Made by a program: the position numbers and the translations under genes
DNA from: Salpingoeca rosetta
Taxonomy: Eukaryota; Protista; Choanoflagellata
Direction of reading: 5' to 3'
DNA: 64,000 bases
Assembly (NCBI GenBank): GCA_033442325.1
Contig: JAWQFM010000006.1
Coordinates: forward strand, 1,019,200-1,083,199
In this document: in pieces, positions 47,709 to 64,000 of the stretch
Layout: every line of letters starts with the position of its first letter
Numbering within the stretch: position 1 is the stretch's first letter
Notes under the pieces: generated by a model
Database searches by the model: none
Seen by the model: only the letters and a program-made list of their open reading frames with translations
What the model was told of the DNA's origin: nothing

Positions 47709-48841
47709 CATGGTAGTCGTCGCGGAGGAAGGGCAAAGATGTGAGCCACCCCACCCCCTGGCAGCAGGCACCAAATGTGTGGTGGGTGGCGGGCGTGGTT
47801 GGGCACCTGCAGCAGGGTGGTGACGACGGTCCAGTTGAACAGGTCCTCGGACGCCGACAGCACCAGAACATTGCGCTACAGAAGCAAACACATGCACAGA
47901 GGTGAGTGCATTGTATTCCCATGTGAGTACATCAACATGTGCGCCCACCAGCATGCGAGTACATCAGTGTGAGTGCATGGAAACGAAATGCAACACGCAA
48001 CGAGGAGGCAGAAGGGCGTGGCAAGACGCTAATGTGTGACAGGGGAACACAACGCGCACACTTGGTAGGTGGGCATGTGCGGTTCGCAAGTGCGCGTGCA
48101 TGCAAACACCGTGCACCGGACCTGGTCTGTGTACTTGACATTTGTGTTTGGGTTGGTGAGGGCAAGGTAGACGCCCGTGCGCGCGTCACGGCGGATGGTG
48201 AACTTGGTGTGGCCGCCGGGAAGTTCAAATATCCGATCAAACCTGAGGAGAACAGGTTGTGGGCGTGTATGCGTGCGTGCAGCTGATGAGTGTGTGATGT
48301 GCTGCTCGGGACGCAGCAGTGACGTGTGTTCATGTACGCACGTAAGTACATGCACAGACACGCTCAAACGCACATCAACCCATAAACACAAACACAGACA
48401 CAGACACAGACACAGACACAGACACAGACACACACGCACACAGACACAAACACAGCCACACACGCACACACAGATACGATCGCGCGCGCACACACACACA
48501 CACACACGCAGACACGATCGCACACACACACACACATCCATCCATACACAAACATACTTGAGCGTGTTTGAGTGCGGGTTGTAGCGAAGGGCAACGGCGT
48601 AGTTGCCGAGGACGTTTGGTTCCACATTGAAGCGGAGGATGTTGTAAAGCGTGCCATCGGGGCCCTCAACCATGTTCCCTTCCAAGTACCCTGCAACGTG
48701 GAGCGTGGCATGGTTGTTGTAGGAGGGATGGGTGAGGTTGTGAAGGCGAAGGGTGATGTGTGTGTGTGTGTTTGTGCGTGCGTGTGTGTGTGCGTGTGCA
48801 CAATCAACCCGTTGGTGCAAACGCATGCAGTCACTTCTCCA

Positions 48842-48902
<61 letters not shown>

Positions 48903-49797
48903 CTAAGACCGCAACACACACACACACACATGACACGACACAACGCACACACACACACACACATGACACAGACACACACACAGACACACACACACACATG
49001 ACACGACACAACGCACACACACACACACACATGACACAGACACACACAGACACACACACACATGACAACACAACGCACACACACACACATGACACACCCA
49101 CCTGGCTTGTCCAGGGTTGGCCAGCTAGGCGGAACCCAGGAGCGATTGAAAGGAAGAGGGGGCGTGATGGACCAGCTGGAGGCGTTGAGGAGGTCAGCGT
49201 TGGCATCTGCAGATACGACCACAGCGGCAAAGTCGCGGCCCCACGCGTACGGCGGCACGTCGAGCTCGATGGCGCGGTAGATGCGGCCGTTGCTGGCCAG
49301 AAGCGTTGGTGTGGCGCCCGTGGCGTAGTAGCCTTTCTCTGTGGCGTTGAACAGCATGGTCGTGGACGGCCACGTGCGCCCGCCATCAAAGGACGCGGAG
49401 ATCTTGATGCCGCCGTTGGCATCGCTGGAGGTGCCGAGCAAGTACACTGGCGCCGGCGGCGTGGTTTGTGTGTCGACCTGGAAGAGGTTGGACCAGTACT
49501 GGTTTGTGACCCAGGCGACCTGATTCCAGCTTGTACCGTTGTCCTCGCTCAAGAACACGCTCACGTTGCGCGGTTGTCCCGTGAAGCCGGAGCCAAAGCG
49601 GTCTGCGCCAGCCAGGATGTTGCCATTTGACAGCCGCACCAGCGTCGGGCTCCCAATGTAGATCTGCAGTTGTTGGTGGTGCGGGTGTGCATGTGTTGGC
49701 GTGTGTGTGCGTATGTGTGTATGCGAACGTGTGTATGTGCGTGTTTGTGGTTGTACTAAGCAAGCAAGCAAGCGCGAGGCAAGCAAGTACGAACACA

Positions 49798-49846
<49 letters not shown>

Positions 49847-49962
49847 CAAGCGAGCAAGCAAACACACACCCACAAACAAGTAAACACAAACAAACAAGCA
49901 ACCAAACAAGCAACCAAACAGACAACCAAACAGACAACAAACAAACAAGCAACCAAACAGAC

Positions 49963-49997
<35 letters not shown>

Positions 49998-50124
49998 GCG
50001 GCTTCTCTGGGTGCCAGACAATTTCGTTGAGTTCAAGGGTGGTGTCTTGCATTGGATGAGCTTCAACGGTGACACCCACCACCGCCAATGCCACTGCCAT
50101 CAGCAGCACCACCACAACCCGCAT
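44897..50124 (-). CDS. Secreted BNR/Asp-box beta-propeller (sialidase-like) protein with a cadherin-like beta-sandwich and a further C-terminal domain (multi-exon)
   Basis: Signal peptide. YIGSPTLVRL, Asp-boxes SEDNGTSW, SFDGGRTW and SEDLFNW, YLEGN, ILR, QRNVLVL, GFHYVDWQFDG, IRTAY..HNSNRMTF. Then SFSRDVHTYTVDIP..ITING, then AFSDRTYVWRNVP..GW..FYYTD..VPQDGWAG..*. Exons traced by hand stay in phase. Confidence 0.82.
46848..47017. repeat. 26-28-bp minisatellite, 6 copies, in an intron of the BNR gene
   Basis: CGCAAATGTGTGTGTGGTCTTGCGTGAG repeated head to tail without spacers. Confidence 0.92.
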
Positions 50125-50455
50125 CTTCTGCTTCTCGCACACTGAACACCGTGCTTTCTGCTGCTTCTGTATTGGGTGGTGCTGACTCAGCAAAAACAAA
50201 AGCGACTCAGGCGAGTCCTTCTTCTTCTCTCTTCGATGCAGCGAAGTCGGGCGAGGCGAAACCGTTGCTGCCTCGCTTGCTTGCTTGCTGGATTTGCTTG
50301 CTGGATTTGCCTGTGTTCGTGCCACCACCACCACCACCACACCACGCACTGCCGTTACATGTTATTCTGCACCCACCCCAAGCACCCACGCACCCACGCA
50401 GAGCAAAGCACTCATACTTGACCCCTCCATTCTCTCTTCTCTCTCGATCCAACAC

Positions 50456-50490
<35 letters not shown>

Positions 50491-50520
50491 CACAACAAAC
50501 AAACAAGCAACCAAACAGAC

Positions 50521-50555
<35 letters not shown>

Positions 50556-51013
50556 GCGGCTTCTCTGGGTGCCAGACAATTTCGTTGAGTTCAAGGGTGG
50601 TGTCTTGCATTGGATGAGCTTCAACGGTGACACCCACCACCGCCAATGCCACTGCCATCAGCAGCACCACCACAACCCGCATCTTCTGCTTCTCGCACAC
50701 TGAACACCGTGCTTTCTGCTGCTTCTGTATTGGGTGGTGCTGACTCAGCAAAAACAAAAGCGACTCAGGCGAGTCCTTCTTCTTCTCTCTTCGATGCAGC
50801 GAAGTCGGGCGAGGCGAAACCGTTGCTGCCTCGCTTGCTTGCTTGCTGGATTTGCTTGCTGGATTTGCCTGTGTTCGTGCCACCACCACCACCACCACAC
50901 CACGCACTGCCGTTACATGTTATTCTGCACCCACCCCAAGCACCCACGCACCCACGCAGAGCAAAGCACTCATACTTGACCCCTCCATTCTCTCTTCTCT
51001 CTCGATCCAACAC

Positions 51014-51051
<38 letters not shown>
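49936..51051. repeat. Apparently perfect 558-bp tandem duplication containing exon 1 and upstream DNA of the BNR gene
   Basis: 49936-50493 repeats at 50494-51051 (ATG at 50124 and 50682). Both breakpoints lie in CA-rich microsatellite. Confidence 0.95.
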
Positions 51052-51066
<15 letters not shown>

Positions 51067-51161
51067 AATACACGCGTACATACGAACACACCCACCCACA
51101 AACACAAACACACGCACACACACGCAACAGCACGCTCGCACACGCGAACAGATCATACGAC

Positions 51162-53639
51162 ATGGCGATGGCCTTGGCTCGGCGTGCTGCCTCCGCATGG
51201 GCGCCGGTCACTTCTCGGTCGTTGTTGTGGGCACCCGCGCAACATGCGCATGGCCTTCAGCCACCACGCGCAGCACACACACAGCAACAACAGCAACGCC
51301 AGCAGCCGCCGCATCAACACCTTCAACAGCAGGGTCACCCCATACAGCAACAGGTGCGCTGGAAGAGCGCGCGAGCACAGAAGGTGGAGGCACAGGCGGC
51401 CTCGCCAGCAAGCCGAGTCAAGAACGAGGACCCAAGCAAACGAAAGGTGTTTGTGCAGAAGTTCGGTGGCACCAGCCTGGGAACCTTTGAGAAGCTGGAG
51501 AAGGTGGTGAACATTGTCCGCACCAACCTGGAGAAGGCCCGGCTGGCGTGCGTCGTCTCCGCCATCAGCAGCGAGACAAAGAGCGAGGGCACGACATCAC
51601 GCCTGCTCAACGCCGCGCAGGCCGCCGTCAACGAAGACCCCTTCCACCACTTCCTCGACGCCATTGAAGACACGCACCTCGACATCATCTACTCCATGAT
51701 CCGCAACCCGGACAACCGCGACGCCGCCAAGCAGCACGTGCTCAAGGAGCTGCGCAACGTGCGGCAGTTCTGCGAGTCCCTCACCGTCATTCGCGAGCTC
51801 TCCCCGCGGTCCCACGATATGATTGTCGGCTGCGGCGAGCGGCTGTCTGCGGGCATGATCGCCAGCGTGCTCAAGGAGGAAGGCATCCCCACCGTGTACA
51901 TGAACCTGAGCCACCTCTTCAAGTCCCCGCTCGACGCCAACAAGGTTGGCTATCACCACAAGGCCATCGCCGCCCTGCAGACGCAGCTCGACAAGACGGT
52001 GGATCTCGACTACGTGGTGCCGATCATCACGGGGTACATGGGCGACATCGCTGGCGGCATCATTGACGGCATTGGCCGCGGGTACTCTGATCTCACTGCT
52101 GCCCTTGTTGCCGCGGCACTCAAGGCAGACGCGCTGCAGGTCAGGCTTGCATGAGCTGAACTGACTGTTTCGTGTCGTGTGTGTGTATTATGTCGTGTGC
52201 GTGTGTGTGTATTATGTCGTGTGCATGTATGGTATGCATGTGCGGTGTGCGGTGTGTATGTGTGTGTGTGTGCATGTGTGGTGTGTGTGTGTGTGCATGT
52301 GAGTGTGTGAGTGTGTGTGCATGTGTGTGTATCTCCGTGTGCGTGAATGCGCACGTGATTTTGCCGCCCTCACTTCCGACTCACACCAACTCCTGTGCAC
52401 ATCCCCCACCCGCCAATCATGCACGCGCGCTGCTGGGTTGTGCAGGTGTGGAAGGAGTCTGATGGCATCTTCACCGGCAACCCGACAAAGATCAGCAATG
52501 CGCAGCTGCTGCACGTCGTGTCCCCGCGCGAAGCCGCAGAGCTCACATACTTTGGCAACGAGGTGTGTGCAGTGTGTGTGTGTGCAGTGTGTGTGTGTGC
52601 AGTGTGTGTGTGTGTGTGTGCAGTGTACGTGTGTGTATGATGAAGGCTGGGTGGGTCGCAGGACATTTGTCGAACATCGCATGCACGCATGCATGCATGG
52701 CGTGGTGTGACTGTCCTCCTGATCATGTCATCGGCAATACACTGCATGGTGCTTGTTGTTTGCGATGCGCAGGTTTTGCACCCGTTTACAATGGAGTGTG
52801 CAATTGAGGCGAACATCCCCATCCACATCCTCAACACCTTCAAGATTGACTCGCCAGGAACCGTTGTGAAACCCCACGCCACCCAAACGGAGCTTGCCGA
52901 GCGCGGCTTGCGCAACATCGCCGCTGTCGTCTCCAAGAAACACATTGACGTCATCAATGTTGCATCAAACAAGCGCCTCGAGTCTGCCTCGTTCCTCGCC
53001 AAGGTCGATGCCTGTCTGCTGTGTGATGTCGTGTGTGTGTGTGTGTGCTTTATTTGTGTGTGTGTGTGTGTGTTTATGCTCTTCGTTGTACATATATACG
53101 TGTGCGATACGATAGCACGTGTTTGTTGCGCATCCCATGGAAGAGGTTCCTTCGTCCCTCCTCACCCCAACCACACATACATACACATACACACACATAC
53201 ACACACATACACACACATACACACACATACACACACATACACATACATACACATACACACACACATATACACACGTACACACAGGTGTTTGAGCTGTTTG
53301 CCAAGCACCGCGTCAAGGTGGACCTGATCTCCACTTCAGAGACCAACCTGTCCATTACGGTGCACGAGTCTGTTGAAGGCCATCGCGTGCAGGATTTGGT
53401 TGCGGAGTTGGAGGCGCTTGGGCGCTGCAGCATCAAGCGCAACCGTGCCATCGTCAGCATCATTGGAGAGGGCATGGCTAAACAGGTGAAGAGAGGCTGC
53501 CGTGGCTGCTTGTGGTGCTTGTGCTGTAACGCTTTTGTTGCGTGGTTGAAGCCACAGTGCCTGCGCTGGCTCTCATGTCTGCATCGCTGGGTCTGGTTTT
53601 GTTGCAGCATTCGCAATCATTCTGTTCTCTTCTGTTAAT

Positions 53640-53671
<32 letters not shown>

Positions 53672-53916
53672 CACACACCAACGCGTGCGATGCCGCACTC
53701 AAACTGTGCCGCCATAATAATTACGTACTTCTGCCATGTGTGTGTGTGTGTGTGGTGTAGATTGGGCTTGCTGCGGAGATGATGGACTGCCTCTCCTCGC
53801 AGAAGATCAACTTTGAGATGATCACACAGGGCGCCAGCGAAATCAACACCACCGTCGTCATCAAGCAGGACCAAGCAGGTGCCGCGTCTGGGCGTGTGTG
53901 CGTGTGTGTGTGTGTG

Positions 53917-53996
<80 letters not shown>

Positions 53997-54147
53997 CTGT
54001 GCTGATACCCATCCCGTGAGAAAGCACGAGCTTGGCACTCACTATGCTGCACATGCACACCACCACCACCAACAACAACGGACAACCAATGCAGATCTGG
54101 CTGTTCAGGCCATCCACGAACGGTTCCTTGATGCAAGCAAGAAGTAG
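51162..54147 (+). CDS. Aspartate kinase (fungal Hom3-like) with two ACT domains and an N-terminal presequence
   Basis: VQKFGGTS, VVSAIS..GTTSRLL, GCGERLSA, GRGYSDLTAA, QVWKESDGIF, AAELTYFGNEVLHPFTME. ACT motifs VDLISTSE and MITQGASEIN. Confidence 0.95.
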
Positions 54148-54683
54148 GGCGTTCATGTCAGTTGATGTGATACCCGTCCAGCATCAAGCAGGTGCAACCA
54201 ACGCTCAGTGCATGTTCCCTCGGTGTAGGGTGTGTACTCAACCGTGTGTACTCAGCCGTGTACATGTTGTCCATTCTTCGTTACAATCGCACACGTCGAG
54301 GCGGTGAGGTGTTGTCGCTTGCTTGCTGTTCCTTTGTGACACACACACACACACACACGTACACACACCCTCTTGCTGGTGCCACCTTTCCCTTTCTACG
54401 CAAGCTTGTACACTCCTCCACACAACATTGCATACCGTTACAACATTACACATGGAGCAAACACCACGCTGAAGAGGCAGAAAGAGCTGTGATGATGGGG
54501 AGAGGGCCACGAAGAAAAGGGGAAGGGGATGGACAAGGAGGACGGGTCAGTCCTGCGAGTCAAGGAGTCAGTGTCATCCTTCATCATCATTTCATTCTTC
54601 CACGCAAACAACATGTCCGCTCATGCATGGCATTTCTCTTCACAAACAAACAAGCAAGAAGCTCGGAAAACACCACAACAGCG

Positions 54684-60513
<5,830 letters not shown>

Positions 60514-60629
60514 GGAGGGGGTGGGGCGTTGTTTGCAAGGAGCGATGGTGGGGAACGACACGAGTGAATGAACGTGGGCAGGAAGACAGAAGGAAACAGC
60601 ATCCACAGCTGTGTGCGAGTGTGTGTGAG

Positions 60630-63175
<2,546 letters not shown>

Positions 63176-63474
63176 CGTGTCCAGTGGCCTTTGCGAGTGC
63201 GACAACAACAACAACTGCAGCTGCAACCAACAACTTCAACAAACACCAACAGCAGCTGCAGTTGTCACTGACCCAAAAGCCAAACCAAACCCAAACACAC
63301 GCAACCCGCGAATGTGAAAATTGGTGAGTGTGGCAGCCACTTCTTTCAAGATAGGAAGGACCGAAGAGGGCGAACCAGCAACCCTCATTCTCACAAACAC
63401 ACCCACACACCCACACTGCTGCGACGACGGAAAGGACGTCAAGCAAAGCGAGCAAGCACAGCAGCACAGCCAAG

Positions 63475-64000
63475 ATGAGAACACGAAAAGCGGCGTCGCT
63501 TCTCCTCATCGCCCTGCTGGTCGGTGTTGGGGCGCTCGCCTTGCTGCGCAACATCCACTCGGACAACAAGGCAAGCCATTCCGCTGCGCAGCCAACGAGG
63601 CGCACGCACACGCGCACCCACATCACATGAACCACGTCGCACCGTCGTTTTGCAATGTGAACCAACCAAAACGCCTGCACACATCCCCCTGTGGCATCGC
63701 CGCGTTTTGATCCGCTCGCCTCACACATAGTCATGCTGCTCACCTCCGCCTGATGCCTGTGGCGTTCCACTTCCCCCCTCTACTCTCCAACTTCCCCCTC
63801 TCCACTTCTCTCTCTCTCTCTTGCCTCTGCTCAGGCCCCTACACAGTCACTGACCCGGGCGCTGCGGGAGCAGCGGTCACAGGAGCAGCGGTCGACGGCG
63901 TCGTCACGCCAGGAGCTCATCTCCAAAATCAACAACCTGCAGCACCAGGTCGATGGCCTCTCCCAGTCTGCGACGGAATTGATTGAGAAGCGGCAGCGGC
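63475..64000 (+). CDS. 5' end of a probable type II membrane protein with a coiled-coil stem (runs off the right edge)
   Basis: MRTRKAASLLLIALLVGVGALALLRNIHSDNK, then after the acceptor at 63834 an open helical frame APTQSLTRALREQ..ELISKINNLQHQVDGLSQSATELIEKRQR. Confidence 0.6.

Overview
Compact, GC-rich, intron-dense eukaryotic DNA. Most introns are filled with (GT)n/(CA)n microsatellites. The gene mix (animal-like RhoGEF/PDZ/PX-SH3 and heparanase genes plus a fungal-type aspartokinase) suggests a choanoflagellate, most likely Salpingoeca; this is inference. I can support about 20 protein-coding loci, built by hand across GT-AG introns: ACOX1 (partial), VPS45, CCDC181-like, GGH, a PPR-like protein, a cNMP-binding protein, a DH-PH-PDZ RhoGEF, ORMDL, a PX-SH3-DH-polyproline protein, a small Cys-rich/polybasic orphan, ATG3, UTP23, UROS, an intact RT + restriction-like-endonuclease non-LTR retrotransposon, eIF2-gamma, a sulfotransferase, a secreted BNR/sialidase-like multidomain protein, aspartokinase, an ankyrin-PH protein, a GH79 heparanase, and the 5' end of a type II membrane protein. 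Sixteen genes form eight head-to-head pairs, and five of those short intergenic regions carry the same GAAAATT heptamer. Highlights: (1) the CRE-like retroelement with 3' hairpins and a (TCTA)n tail, possibly inside the eIF2-gamma 3' UTR; (2) a strand-aware 5'-(GU)n...(CA)n-3' intron architecture in which CA repeats replace the polypyrimidine tract; (3) the candidate bidirectional promoter motif; (4) several unusual domain architectures. Two assembly gaps (19340-19934, 26522-26621). Most ORFs in the supplied track are microsatellite artefacts. No database searches were run; family calls rest on recognised motifs.
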